Below are positions 43,679 to 54,162 of a DNA stretch of 64,000 nt, in pieces. Made by a program: the position numbers and the translations under genes. The notes below the pieces were generated by a model. It was given only the letters and a program-made list of their open reading frames with translations, made no database searches and was not told the origin of the DNA. Position 1 is the stretch's first letter. Each line of letters begins with the position of its first letter. The DNA is from Terriglobia bacterium (GTDB taxonomy: Bacteria; Acidobacteriota; Terriglobia; JAJPHL01; JAPKYU01): positions 160,001 to 224,000 of the forward strand of contig CBDBKE010000003.1 of assembly GCA_965206645.1 (NCBI GenBank). The letters run 5' to 3'.

Positions 43679-45385
43679 ATGCGCGTCGCCCTGGCCGCAA
43701 TCATCGCGCTACTGATTCTCCTCTGGCCTCTCGTCTTTCTCTCGGAAGGCAGCCCCGGTGGGCCCTCAGAAGGCAGCTCCGGCGGGATTCATTTCGCCGA
43801 TACCGCCCAGCAGGCGGGCATTCGGGCCCAGATGGTGTGCGGTGGGCCGGAGAAGAAATGGATCCCGGAGGCCAACGGCAGTGGCGCCGCGTGGCTGGAC
43901 TACGACCGGGATGGGTGGATGGATCTGTTGATTGTCAACGGGTCCAACATGGAGCGACTGCGGGAAATTGTCTCAGGCAAGGCGCCTCCGCCTGCAAAGA
44001 ATGGGGTTTATCTGTACCGCAACCTCGGCGAGGGCCGCTTTGAAGACGTCACAGCACGATCCGGGCTGGCCAATCCTTACTGGGGCACCGGTGCCAACGC
44101 CGCCGATTACAACAACGATGGCGATCCCGACATCCTGGTCACCACGATCGGGTTGGACCTGCTGTTCCGGAACAATGGCGACGGCACCTTCACCGAGGTG
44201 GGCAAGGCCGCCGGCCTGAGCCGGGCGGTAGCCTGGCACACCGGCAGTGCCTTCGGAGATTACGACAATGATGGCCACCTGGACCTGTACGTGGTTGGCT
44301 ATGTGGATATCGCGGCACTTCTTAAAGCTGACTCGCCACCGGTCTGCCAGTGGAAGGGTCTGCCGGTGTTTTGCGGGCCCATGGGTTTGAAAGGCGAGCG
44401 CGATATCCTCTATTACAATAACGGCGACGGAACCTTCACCGATGTCACCCGGCAGGTCGGCGTTGAGGACTCGGGCGCCTTTCAGGGCTTCACGGTGGTT
44501 TTTGAGGATTTTAACCAGGACGGGCGACTGGACATTTTTGTGGCCAACGACTCGGTCCCGAATTATCTGTATTTGAACCAGGGAAACGGCACTTTCCGGG
44601 AATCGGCCCTGGCAGCCGGTGTCGCGGTGGATGGGGACGGCGCAACCCAAGCGGACATGGGTGTGGCCGTTGGCGACTACGACAGCGACGGCAAAGTGGA
44701 CCTGCTGACAACCACCTTCGAGGACGGTTACTTTCCGCTGTTCAAACAAGGTCCGGCCGGCTTTTTCCTAGACGTTTCGTACCGGGTGGGGCTCACCATA
44801 CCGACGACTCCCCTTCTCGGCTGGGGATGCGGCTTTTCCGACCTGGATAACGATGGAGACAAGGATCTGTGGCTGGCCAGTGGGCATATCTATCCCGGGA
44901 TCGAGCGTGTCTCCCATACCAGCTACTCCCAGCCATTTCTCGTGTTTGAAAACCGCGCGGACAAGTTTGTCCAGGTCTTCAGTTTTCCTTCCAAGCTCGA
45001 GCACTCCCTCCGTGGCGCCAGTGCCGGGGACTTCGATAACGATGGGAAGACAGATATCGTGCTGCTACCCGTCAGCGGCTCACCGGTCCTGCTGACAAAT
45101 CGCACCGCCGGCGGATCCTCCTGGATCGGCTTCACGCTCAAAGGCAGGCAAAGCAACGGAGAAGCCATCGGTGCGCGCATTCGCCTGGAAGCATGCGGGC
45201 AGGTCCAATACGACTCGGTGCGCAATGCAACCGGCTACCTTTCCCGCGACGACCCCCGGCCCCGGTTTGGCCTCGGCGGCTGCACCAAAATTAGCAAGGT
45301 GGTCATTACCTGGCCGCGCGGCCAGGTTCAGGTGCTGACCGATCTGCCGGTCAACCGATATATCAGCCTGGAAGAACCACACTGA
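43679..45385 (+). CDS. CRTAC1-family FG-GAP repeat protein with ASPIC/UnbV domain
   Basis: Signal peptide; repeated D(Y/F)DNDGxxDL motifs; AIGARI...FGLG...WP C-terminus. Confidence 0.9.
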   Translation: MRVALAAIIALLILLWPLVFLSEGSPGGPSEGSSGGIHFADTAQQAGIRAQMVCGGPEKKWIPEANGSGAAWLDYDRDGWMDLLIVNGSNMERLREIVSGKAPPPAKNGVYLYRNLGEGRFEDVTARSGLANPYWGTGANAADYNNDGDPDILVTTIGLDLLFRNNGDGTFTEVGKAAGLSRAVAWHTGSAFGDYDNDGHLDLYVVGYVDIAALLKADSPPVCQWKGLPVFCGPMGLKGERDILYYNNGDGTFTDVTRQVGVEDSGAFQGFTVVFEDFNQDGRLDIFVANDSVPNYLYLNQGNGTFRESALAAGVAVDGDGATQADMGVAVGDYDSDGKVDLLTTTFEDGYFPLFKQGPAGFFLDVSYRVGLTIPTTPLLGWGCGFSDLDNDGDKDLWLASGHIYPGIERVSHTSYSQPFLVFENRADKFVQVFSFPSKLEHSLRGASAGDFDNDGKTDIVLLPVSGSPVLLTNRTAGGSSWIGFTLKGRQSNGEAIGARIRLEACGQVQYDSVRNATGYLSRDDPRPRFGLGGCTKISKVVITWPRGQVQVLTDLPVNRYISLEEPH

Positions 45386-45491
45386 TTTTCCTACCCGCAC
45401 GCTCCCTGCGCGTGCAGCGCAGCGGTTGGCGCGCCTCGACTCCGGCCCATAGCTGCTTCATGCCTCGAAATCATGGAGATTCCAGTATCTC

Positions 45492-46496
45492 GTGGTGTAC
45501 ACTCACTCCGATTCTTCGCAGGAAAACACTTTGAAAATCTTTCTCACTGGCGGGACCGGTCTCGTGGGTAGCAACGTCCTCAAAGTGGCGCGCGAAAAGT
45601 CCGATGTGGAGATGATTGCATCTCTGTTCCAGCGCCGGCCGGAAGTCGACTGGGGTTGCGAGACAGTCCAAATGGACCTGGAAGACTTCACCTCAATCCG
45701 CAAAGCCGTCGAGGCTCACAAACCGGATGCTGTGATCCACTGCGCCCAACCCCGAGATGAGGCCGGAATGGAGGTTGACCATGAGTGGAACTGGGCGCTA
45801 TTGGTCACAGCCACTCGTGTCTTGGCTGAGGTCTGCCGCGATGTGGACGCCAAGCTCATATTTGTCTCGAGCGATTGGATCTTTGGAAATGGCGGCAAGC
45901 CGCCCTACAGCGAGGAAAGCGCACCCTGTCCGGCCTCCTACTTTGGCCTGTTGAAGGTGGTCGGCGAGACGGTTGTGTCGACCGTATGCCCGAACTACGC
46001 CATTGCGCGCACCTCGGGGGTCTACGGACCGATCTGGTCGTATCCCAACTACGAGCCCGCAGAAGAGGGATCCGGTTTCGGCTGGCTGCCCAACTACTAT
46101 GTCTCTCGCTTGAGGCGAGGCGAACCGGTTGCGGCCTGGACCGACCACATCAACGTGTGGGCGAACCCATCCTTGGCAAGCGACGTTGCGGATGCCTTCT
46201 TAACGATCGCGCACCAGGACCAACGTGGTACTTTCCATTGTTGTGGTCGGGAAGGAGCCAGCCGGCTAGAGCTGGCCCAGGCGGTTGCCGACGTGTTTGG
46301 TTACGATCAGGAAATGGTGCGAGCAGCCTCTTCCGCGGAAATGGACATCAGGAACATGGCGGGGCCTCCGGCTCCGCGAGACTGCAGAGTAACCGTAGAG
46401 AGCACCGAAGCTCGGCTCCGACGCGCGAACCTGGGATTCCGCGAGGGACTCAAGCAATACCGGCGCCAACTAGAGGAGATCGGAACATTAAGCTGA
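45492..46496 (+). CDS. RmlD-like NAD(P)-dependent sugar-nucleotide reductase
   Basis: TGGTGLVG, KPDAVIHCA, VSSDWIF, YFGLLK, RTSGVYG; start may be TTG 45531. Confidence 0.8.
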   Translation: MVYTHSDSSQENTLKIFLTGGTGLVGSNVLKVAREKSDVEMIASLFQRRPEVDWGCETVQMDLEDFTSIRKAVEAHKPDAVIHCAQPRDEAGMEVDHEWNWALLVTATRVLAEVCRDVDAKLIFVSSDWIFGNGGKPPYSEESAPCPASYFGLLKVVGETVVSTVCPNYAIARTSGVYGPIWSYPNYEPAEEGSGFGWLPNYYVSRLRRGEPVAAWTDHINVWANPSLASDVADAFLTIAHQDQRGTFHCCGREGASRLELAQAVADVFGYDQEMVRAASSAEMDIRNMAGPPAPRDCRVTVESTEARLRRANLGFREGLKQYRRQLEEIGTLS

Positions 46497-46558
46497 CAGA
46501 CGCTGAGGTCTTCGGCGGCCTGCTAAGTTAAAGCTAGACGAATGGAGACAAGCTAACC

Positions 46559-47848
46559 ATGGAAGGTAAATTGGCAATCCACGGCGGCAAGCCTACCGTC
46601 CCAGAAGCGCTGAAGAAAAGATGGCCCCATATCACCCAGGAGGACAAAGACGCAGTTCTGGGTGTCCTGGAACGCAACGTCTTCACCGGCGAGGAGCATG
46701 GGCCTGAGGCGGCGGCTCTGGAGCGAGAATGGGCCGAGTTCACCGGAAGCAAACACGCCATGGCTTTCAATACCGGCACGGCATCTATCCATACGGCGCT
46801 ATTCGCCGCTGGCGTACGCCCAGGGGATGAGGTCATCACCACCGCCTTCTCTTTCGGCGGAACATTCCAACCTATTCTCCAGCAACACGCGATCCCCATC
46901 TTTGTGGATATCGACCCTCGCACCTACAACATCGACGCGAGCCAGGTGGAGAGCAAGATTACTGACAAGACGAAGGTGCTACTGCCGGTCCACATGCACG
47001 GGCTCCCCGCGGATATGGACGAAATCCTGGCGCTGGCTAAGAAGCACAACCTCATCGTGGTCGAGGACGCCTGCCAGGCTCACGGGGCTACCTACAAAGG
47101 GCGGATGGCCGGGACTATTGGCGATATTGGCTGCTTCAGCCTCAACGCAAGTAAGAACCTCCCCGCAGGTGAGGGTGGACTGTCCACTACACAGAAGGAG
47201 GAATTCGTCCAGCGGGGAAAGTTGCTCCGCACGTTTGGCGAGAAAGTGGGAGGGGAAAAAGAAAAATATCGTCCTTACTACTGCCACAGCATCGGCTGGA
47301 ACTACCGCTGCCAGGAGATGCCGGCTGCCTTGGTGCGCAGCCAGTTGAAGCGGTTGCCACACTATAACGCCATGGCCCAGCGCAACGGGCAGTACTTGAC
47401 CGAGGAACTGAGCAAGATCAAGGGGCTGATCCCGCCACACGTCCCCGCCGACCGCACGACCGTGTACCACAAGTATCGGATCCGCTTCGACACCAAGGTT
47501 CTGGGTCTGAGCATGCCGGCTGTCGAATTTCGAGACAAGCTGCTGGACGCCCTGCGCGCGGAGGGAATGGCTGCCAACCTCTGGCACTACAAGCCGCTGC
47601 CCAGCTATCCCATCTTCCAAAAACTCGATGTGGGACTGGGTGACGGTTATCCTTGGAGCTCTCCTCTCTACGGAAGGAAGATCAGCTACAAGCCGGAGGA
47701 ATATCCACAGGCAACCGAGCTCTTGAACATGTCTCTGGTCGTGAATGATGAGCGGAATCCCATCTTTGTCCAAGATATGGAGTTAATGGAGCACTACGTA
47801 GCTGCTTTCCGCAAAGTCTTTGAGAACTTGGATGAGGTGGTGGCCTGA
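46559..47848 (+). CDS. DegT/DnrJ/EryC1/StrS PLP-dependent aminotransferase
   Basis: LAIHGG, GDEVIT, PVHMHG, EDACQAHGA, FSLNASKNL.AGEGG, GWNYR. Confidence 0.92.
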   Translation: MEGKLAIHGGKPTVPEALKKRWPHITQEDKDAVLGVLERNVFTGEEHGPEAAALEREWAEFTGSKHAMAFNTGTASIHTALFAAGVRPGDEVITTAFSFGGTFQPILQQHAIPIFVDIDPRTYNIDASQVESKITDKTKVLLPVHMHGLPADMDEILALAKKHNLIVVEDACQAHGATYKGRMAGTIGDIGCFSLNASKNLPAGEGGLSTTQKEEFVQRGKLLRTFGEKVGGEKEKYRPYYCHSIGWNYRCQEMPAALVRSQLKRLPHYNAMAQRNGQYLTEELSKIKGLIPPHVPADRTTVYHKYRIRFDTKVLGLSMPAVEFRDKLLDALRAEGMAANLWHYKPLPSYPIFQKLDVGLGDGYPWSSPLYGRKISYKPEEYPQATELLNMSLVVNDERNPIFVQDMELMEHYVAAFRKVFENLDEVVA

Positions 47849-47922
47849 CTTCCCGATAAGGCCATCTTCCTGTCTATCGTAAGCTCGAGTGCAAGGCTCG
47901 CTTCGAGTGGTAATATGGAGAC

Positions 47923-48309
47923 ATGGGACCCAAATTCGCTTCGACGCTGGGTATGCTGCTGCTGGTGCTGGCTGCCGGAGCTGCGGCCCACGAAAAACAT
48001 GCAAAGAAAAACGCCGCAGCGGAGCAGACGATCACCGGCGAGGTCATTGATACCTCCTGCTACCTCCAGCACGGCAACAGTACCGGCGAACCGCATCGCG
48101 CCTGCGCATTGGAATGCGCCAGGCAGGGCGTACCGTTGGGGCTGCTGACCTCTTCCGGAACCATCTATCTCCCGATCGCCATGACTCACAAGGATGCCTA
48201 TAACAAGCCTCTGCTGCCTTACGCCGGCAGGAAGGTCCGCGTCAAAGGACGCGTGCTCATCAAAGGAGGTTTTCGCGGCATCGTAATCAAGTCGGTCGAT
48301 CCGCTATAG
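47923..48309 (+). CDS. Secreted hypothetical protein with Cys/His motif
   Basis: Signal peptide; GEVIDTSCY...HRACALECARQGVPLG. Confidence 0.7.
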   Translation: MGPKFASTLGMLLLVLAAGAAAHEKHAKKNAAAEQTITGEVIDTSCYLQHGNSTGEPHRACALECARQGVPLGLLTSSGTIYLPIAMTHKDAYNKPLLPYAGRKVRVKGRVLIKGGFRGIVIKSVDPL

Positions 48310-48393
48310 CAGGCTTCTGGAAAACTCCATCCAGGCTTGCCAGGCCATCCAGACTTTGCCAACCATCCAGAATTTGCAGGATAAGATGGGCCC

Positions 48394-49383
48394 GTGAGGA
48401 AAGTCCTGCTGGACGTAGACACGGGGGTGGACGATGCGCTGGCGTTAATCTTCGCGCTACGCTCGCCGGAGCTGGACGTGCGGGCGATCACCACGGTGGC
48501 CGGCAACACTGCGGTGGACAGCGTGCTGCGCAACACGCTGTTGCTGCTGGACGTGCTCCAAGCCCCCGCTATCCCGGTGGCGCGAGGCGCCGATCGGCCG
48601 TTACTTCGACCACTGGTCACCGCCGGAGACGTGCATGGCGCCGACGGATTCGGCAACGCCACTACGGTCTATCCGCCGCCGCGCCGCGGCCCGTGTGACC
48701 AGGACGCGACTGAATTGATCCTCTCCACCATCGCTGCCGAACGCGAGCATCTCACCCTGGTGGCCACCGGGCCGCTTACCAACCTCGCGCGCGCCCTGGA
48801 GGCCGACCCGGCCACCTTTCGCTTGCTGGGAAAACTGGTGGTGATGGGCGGGGCTTTCCGCACCGCAGGCAACACCGGCCCGGTAGCCGAGTTCAACTTC
48901 TTTTGCGATCCGGATGCCGCCCGAGCGGTGTTCCAAGCGGGGCTGCAAGTGACCCTGGTGCCCCTCGACGTCAGCGAACGCGCCGTGTTGCCGCGCGCCT
49001 CTCTGCGCACGCTCAGTCAGCGGCGCGACTCTTCGGTCTTCCAGTTTGTCCGCGAATTCACCGTGCTGTGGTTTGACTACCATCGGGAAGTCGCCGGGCT
49101 GGACGGCGGCCACCTGCACGACCCTCTGGCGGTGGCCGCAGCCGCTCTCCCTGACCTGCTCCGTACCGTCCACACTCGCGTCAGCGTGGAGACGGCTGGC
49201 GAGTTCACCGCGGGCATGACGGTGGCCGACTTGCGCGGGCGCAAACCGGGGCCGGAGATGCTGGCGCGCTTCGGCGGCGAGGCGGCTCAGGGCGGACCCT
49301 ACGGGCCTCCGAATGCCCACGTAGCTATGGACGCCGACGTTCCGCGCTTCCTCGATTTGTTCTACGAGCGCGTCTGCCGCTAA
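48394..49383 (+). CDS. Nucleoside hydrolase (IU-NH family)
   Basis: DVDTGVDD, HGADG.G, TGPLTN, MGG, AEFN...DP, LHDP. Confidence 0.93.
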   Translation: MRKVLLDVDTGVDDALALIFALRSPELDVRAITTVAGNTAVDSVLRNTLLLLDVLQAPAIPVARGADRPLLRPLVTAGDVHGADGFGNATTVYPPPRRGPCDQDATELILSTIAAEREHLTLVATGPLTNLARALEADPATFRLLGKLVVMGGAFRTAGNTGPVAEFNFFCDPDAARAVFQAGLQVTLVPLDVSERAVLPRASLRTLSQRRDSSVFQFVREFTVLWFDYHREVAGLDGGHLHDPLAVAAAALPDLLRTVHTRVSVETAGEFTAGMTVADLRGRKPGPEMLARFGGEAAQGGPYGPPNAHVAMDADVPRFLDLFYERVCR

Positions 49384-49420
49384 TCCAAGCCGTGGGGAAC
49401 ACAGGGTCTGGGATTCAGAT

Positions 49421-51595
49421 TCAGTTCGTGCCTTTACCCTTCTTACCTGTGGTCACCGTGGTTTGCTTACCGGGACTAAGTTGCCAGAGGAGAAAGCCCA
49501 GCTCATCGGCGATGTCTTCAATGGTCTTGCTCACCGGGCGCCCGCCGGAATGGCCGGCCGTGGTCTCGTAGCGCAGCAGCACGGGCCGCTCCGAGCCAGT
49601 CGCCGACTGAAGCAGCGCCGTCATTTTGCGGGCGTGCAGCGGATCCACGCGCGTGTCTCCATCCCCGGTAACGAACAGCACGGCCGGGTACTTCACGCCC
49701 GGCTTAACCCGGTGGTAAGGCGAGTAGGCCTGCAGGTACTGGAATTGCTCCGAGTTGTCTGAGGAGCCGTACTCGGAAACCCAGAAGCGGGCCACCAGGA
49801 ACTTTTGGTAGCGCACCATGTCCAGCAGCGGATAGCCGCACACCACGGCCTGGAACAGCTCTGGGCGCTGGGTGAGCGCCGCGCCCACCAGCAGCCCGCC
49901 GTTGCTGCGGCCGCCGATGGCCAGCCTCGACGGCCGCGTGTAGCCGTTGCGGATCAGCCACTCGGCGGCAGCGATGAAGTCGTCGAACACGTTCTGCTTC
50001 TTCTCGAGCATCCCCGCCTTATGCCATTGCTCGCCAAATTCACCGCCCCCGCGCAGGTTGGGCAATGCGTAGACGCCTCCATTCTCGGCCCACAGGACGG
50101 CGCTGGCGGAGAACCTCGGGGTACGGCTGATGTTGAACCCCCCGTAGCCGGTCAGCAATGTTGGATTCGACCCGTCGGGTTTGAGCCCCTTGGCGTGCAA
50201 CAGAAACATCGGCACCCAGGTCTTATCCTTGGACTGGCACCAGACCTGGCGGAGTTCCATTTTGTCGCTCTCCACCGGAACCTTGAGGCGCGCCCAGACC
50301 TCGCGCCGTAGTTTGCTGACGTCGTAGCGGTAAATGGTCATAGGGATATGGAAGGAGCTGAAAGCAAAGAAGGCTTCCGGGCTTTCCCATCGGCCGCCAA
50401 CCTCGCTAACGGAACCGATGGCGGGGAACGCAATGTCGGCGGTGTGCTCGCCGTCGGGCTCAAAAACTTTTACACGTGACTTGACGTTCTCCAGGTAGTT
50501 GACAAACACCTTGCCCCCGGCGAGAGAAACATTCTCAATGACCGCGTTACTTTCCGGGATGATCTCGCGCCATCTCTCCCGCGCGGGATTTTCCAGCTCA
50601 ACCGCTAGAATCCGCCCCTTGGGTGCCTTCCAGTTGGTGTGCAGGAAGAGCTGTTTGCCACCGACCTCCCCCCGAAACTTAGCCTCAATATCATTGACTA
50701 CCGGCACGATGGGCCCCCGTTGGGCCGTGTTCTGATAGTAAATTTCTGTCCGCAGCGCTGAGGAGCCGTGCACCACGTGAATGAGCAGGTGGCGCCCATC
50801 TTCGGAGAGAGTGGCGAAACTGATCTTTTCCGGCCCGTACCCCTTGCCGAAAATTACCCGGTCGTCGGCCGGATCTTTCCCCATTGCGTGGTAGTAGACC
50901 CGCGGACCCTCGGCGCCGAAGCGCGTGTAATAAAAGCCGCTGTTGTCGGGCTTCAGTACAATGCCGAAATAGCGTGCCTTCGGCAGCCGGTCCGGTAAGT
51001 CTTTTCGCGTCTCTACATCGAGCAGCTTGATGGCGATCTCGTCCTCGCCGCCCTGCCGGACTCCGTATGCCAGCAGGGTCCCATCGCGAGAGACCGCCTG
51101 CAGATTCACGCTGGTTGTACGATCCGGGCTCATCGGGTGTGGGTCAATCAGCACCTGGTCTTCGCCCTTGAGCCCTTTCCTCATGTAGATGACAAACAGC
51201 TCCTGGTCGGTCAGCCGCTTGGAGAAGAAATAGCGCCCGTTTCGCTCTCGGGGCGTGCGAAAGACGTCGATCTTCAGCAGTTCGGTGAGCCGTTGCATGC
51301 GCTGCTGCCTGCCCGGCAGCGAACGCAAGGTGGGTCGAGAGTACTCATTCTGCGCCGCAATCCAGGCGCGCGTCTCCGGGCTGTTTTGGTCTTCCAGCCA
51401 GCGGTAGGGGTCCACTAGCTCGATTCCGTGGAGCACCTCCCGGACGTTATCCCGGCGGGTCTTGGGCGGCTTCTTGAAGTCGGCCTGCTGCCCCCAGGCC
51501 ATGTAAGCGAGCAGCACCGCCACAAGCGGCAACAGCCAAAGCTCGATGCCGAGCGAGCAAGCTGGAGCGATTCTCCTTCTGGCAACCTTGAGCAT
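49421..51595 (-). CDS. Prolyl oligopeptidase (S9A), secreted
   Basis: DPYRWLED, GYGGFN, RGGGEFG, GRSNGG nucleophile, DTRV, AGH. Confidence 0.94.
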   Translation of the reverse strand: MLKVARRRIAPACSLGIELWLLPLVAVLLAYMAWGQQADFKKPPKTRRDNVREVLHGIELVDPYRWLEDQNSPETRAWIAAQNEYSRPTLRSLPGRQQRMQRLTELLKIDVFRTPRERNGRYFFSKRLTDQELFVIYMRKGLKGEDQVLIDPHPMSPDRTTSVNLQAVSRDGTLLAYGVRQGGEDEIAIKLLDVETRKDLPDRLPKARYFGIVLKPDNSGFYYTRFGAEGPRVYYHAMGKDPADDRVIFGKGYGPEKISFATLSEDGRHLLIHVVHGSSALRTEIYYQNTAQRGPIVPVVNDIEAKFRGEVGGKQLFLHTNWKAPKGRILAVELENPARERWREIIPESNAVIENVSLAGGKVFVNYLENVKSRVKVFEPDGEHTADIAFPAIGSVSEVGGRWESPEAFFAFSSFHIPMTIYRYDVSKLRREVWARLKVPVESDKMELRQVWCQSKDKTWVPMFLLHAKGLKPDGSNPTLLTGYGGFNISRTPRFSASAVLWAENGGVYALPNLRGGGEFGEQWHKAGMLEKKQNVFDDFIAAAEWLIRNGYTRPSRLAIGGRSNGGLLVGAALTQRPELFQAVVCGYPLLDMVRYQKFLVARFWVSEYGSSDNSEQFQYLQAYSPYHRVKPGVKYPAVLFVTGDGDTRVDPLHARKMTALLQSATGSERPVLLRYETTAGHSGGRPVSKTIEDIADELGFLLWQLSPGKQTTVTTGKKGKGTN

Positions 51596-51733
51596 TTCGA
51601 CTCCGGTTTGGAACGTTTGGTCGGCAAGTAGAGCCTAACAGGCCGTCGGGAAATCGGCTACCTTGTCATTCCGGGCGAAGCAAGGAATCTGCTCTCGACC
51701 TTGGTTGCTTTCTGGCAAGCGGATTCCTCAGGG

Positions 51734-53013
51734 TGACCTGCCTGGCGATTTCCGGACCAGCTGAAGCCTGAGAGAATGGCGCCCTCGGAGAAACGAGGGA
51801 GCCATGAAGAAGACCCGGTTTACCGAAGAGCAGATGGTGACGATCCTCCGCGAGGCCGATCAGCGGCCCGTTCCGGAGGTGGCCAAAAAGAACGGCGTCA
51901 GCGCCCAGACGCTCTACGCCTGGCGGAAACACTTCGGCACGTTGGAGCCCGCCGATGTGAAGCGGCTGCGGCAGCTCGAGCAGGAGAACGGCCGGCTGAA
52001 AAAGATGGTGGCCGATCGAGATCTGGAGATCGACGTGCTCAAGGAGATCACCCGAAAAAAATGGTAGGCGCACGCGTGCGCCGGCCGCAGGTCGCGTATG
52101 CACGTGCACGCGGTCTGTCGGGTCGCCGCGCGTGCGCCTTGCTCTCCGTCGCACGGTCCACGCTGGGCTACCAGTCGCGGCTGGTCGACCGGGATGCCCC
52201 GGCGCTGGCCGCGATGCGTCGTCTGGCGGCGCAGTATCCGCGGTACGGCTATCGCCGGATTCGGATTTTCCTAAAACGCGAAGGGCACACGATGAGCACG
52301 GACCGGACCCATCGCCTCTGGCGCCAGGCGGGGTTGCAGGTGCCTCGGCGGCGGCCGCGGCGCCGGGTCGCCCTGAGCCGGCCCCGCCCGGTGCCCGCCA
52401 CTGCGGTCAATCACGTCTGGGCGTACGACTTCGTGTTCGACACCTGCGCGAATGGGCAGACGCTCAAGTGCCTCACCGTCGTCGACGAATGGACCCGCGA
52501 GTCACTCGCGATCGACGTGGCCGGCGGCATTCGGTCCGGGCGCGTTATCGAGGTGCTCACGCAGCTCGTGAGCGTCCACGGAGCCCCACGTTACCTCCGG
52601 TCCGACAACGGCCCCGAGTTTGTTGCGGGTGCGATTCTCCGGTGGCTGCTCCAGGCGCAGATCGAAACCGCGCTCATCGAGCCGGGCAAGCCGTGGCAGA
52701 ATGCGACCGACGAATCGTTCAACGGGAAGTTCCGCGACGAGTATCTGAGCCTGCAGTGGTTTCGGAACCGCGTGGACGCGAAGGTGGGGATCGAGCAATG
52801 GCGACGGCACTACAACGACGTGCGACCGCACTCGAGCCTTGGCTATCTGACGCCAGCCGAGTTCAAAGCGCAGCTCCGTGCTGGCTCGGATGACGGTGGG
52901 CGCTCGCCGGCGATGCCGGCTCACGCTGACCAAGAAGAACACGAGAGCGACTTAACCATGCCGACTGGCGCTGTTCTCCAGTAATCGGTGGTCCGAAGAA
53001 AGCCGGCAGGTCA
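51734..53013 (+). mobile_element. IS3-family element (IS407-like), 1280 bp, apparently complete
   Basis: TG...CA ends with IRs TGACCTGCC...CGGACCA; 4-bp direct repeat AGGG (51730-51733, 53014-53017); orfA/orfB. Confidence 0.95.
51804..52984 (+). CDS. IS3 transposase OrfA (51804..52067) and OrfB joined by -1 frameshift at A7 (52055-52061)
   Basis: MKKTRFTEEQ HTH; YGYRRI, WAYDF, RSDNGPEF, PGKPWQN, ESFNG DDE domain. Confidence 0.93.
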
Positions 53014-53061
53014 AGGGCCGACGTGGTTTGTCGGCCCGAGGAATACCACGCGGTGTTAGTC

Positions 53062-54162
53062 CTAACGCGCCATGCGGGCCATGTGCAAGGTGAGCGGGCG
53101 CGGCTTGAGCGTCTCCAGTTCATAGGTGACCGTGCCCGCCGCCTCGGTGCGCACCAGTCGGTAGACCCCGGGCTCTACCTCAATGGTCTGCCGGCCGCTG
53201 AGGTGGCGCAGAAAGGCCCGCACCTCCTTTGCAGTCGGCACTTTGTCTGGCATCCGACCGGCGCGGATCGCTTCGACCAGGTAGGACCGTAGCAGCTTGG
53301 CGCGATAGCGTTCAAATAGTGCAGGGGAGGCGAACAGATCAGCCCACACGGGCTGGCCGTTCACTGCGACCACTACCCCAACCGCCCCCGGTGGGATCTG
53401 TGGGAGGATCGCGCGGCTGCCCCCGACCAGATGATCCTGGACCGGGCGCGCCTCCATGGTCCGGGCATAGGAAGATTGGGCACGGAGGGCGCCCGCGGCT
53501 CCCGCACGCCCGGTTGTGGGCGCTGCGGCCAGTGTCTCCGCTACCGACCTGTTGGCCCGAGCGACCTCGTTCCAGACCTTCTGCTGATCGCGCGCCTCTG
53601 TCACCTCGCGCCGCAGCTTCGGGTGCGCCATGGCCTTGGAGGCGGCAAACTGGGCCGACAAGCCATGCCAGCGGCCCGGTTCTACGCAAAAGACACTGAG
53701 CGGGATCGGCTCGCTGTGGGGCGGCACGATGCGGTCCCGTCCCACCACGCGGTCCTGCTTGCCGCCGCGAACCACCTCTCCGGCCAGCAGCAGCAGCGGC
53801 CGATCGGACAGGTTCTGGATGGCCAGCCCACTCACCCGTGCGCGGTCCTGCGGGACTGGACGCTGCTGCTGGGACCGGCGCTCCAGGGGGCGCACCATGC
53901 CAGCCCCGCGCAGAGTGCCCAGCTCAGCCACCTTCACCACCCCTTTCGCCAGACCTTCGTCCAGCGTCAGGTAGAGGGAAGTCTTGGCCCGGCTTCCGTT
54001 GGAAACCGGAAAGATGGTGAGGTTGCCCTGCCGGATGGGATCATGGATCTTCAAGTCGGCAGAGTGCAACGTGGTTGGCTTATTGGCGCCGGCCACCAGA
54101 ACCAGGCTTACGGTGCCCAGAACGAGACTTACGGCAAGAATTAGAGATAGAATCCGCCACAT
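53062..54162 (-). CDS. Exported DUF6569/ARPP-1-like domain protein
   Basis: Signal peptide; YLTLDEGL, GEVVRGGKQDR, FCVEPGRW, Q..VW, ADLF motifs. Confidence 0.7.
   Translation of the reverse strand: MWRILSLILAVSLVLGTVSLVLVAGANKPTTLHSADLKIHDPIRQGNLTIFPVSNGSRAKTSLYLTLDEGLAKGVVKVAELGTLRGAGMVRPLERRSQQQRPVPQDRARVSGLAIQNLSDRPLLLLAGEVVRGGKQDRVVGRDRIVPPHSEPIPLSVFCVEPGRWHGLSAQFAASKAMAHPKLRREVTEARDQQKVWNEVARANRSVAETLAAAPTTGRAGAAGALRAQSSYARTMEARPVQDHLVGGSRAILPQIPPGAVGVVVAVNGQPVWADLFASPALFERYRAKLLRSYLVEAIRAGRMPDKVPTAKEVRAFLRHLSGRQTIEVEPGVYRLVRTEAAGTVTYELETLKPRPLTLHMARMAR

Larger units (their letters stand above)
51664..53048. repeat. TGTCAT-type REP-like composite palindrome interrupted by IS3
   Basis: TGTCATTCCGGGCGAAGCAAGGAATCTGCT...AGCGGATTCCTC-AGGG|IS|CCGAC-GTGGTTT-GTCGGCCC-GAGGAAT. 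Confidence 0.6.

Noticed and set aside
48327-48380. 3 x 18-bp repeat (and 28891-28938) as a mini-CRISPR
   Set aside because: Units are contiguous and degenerate with no spacers; no cas genes in the window
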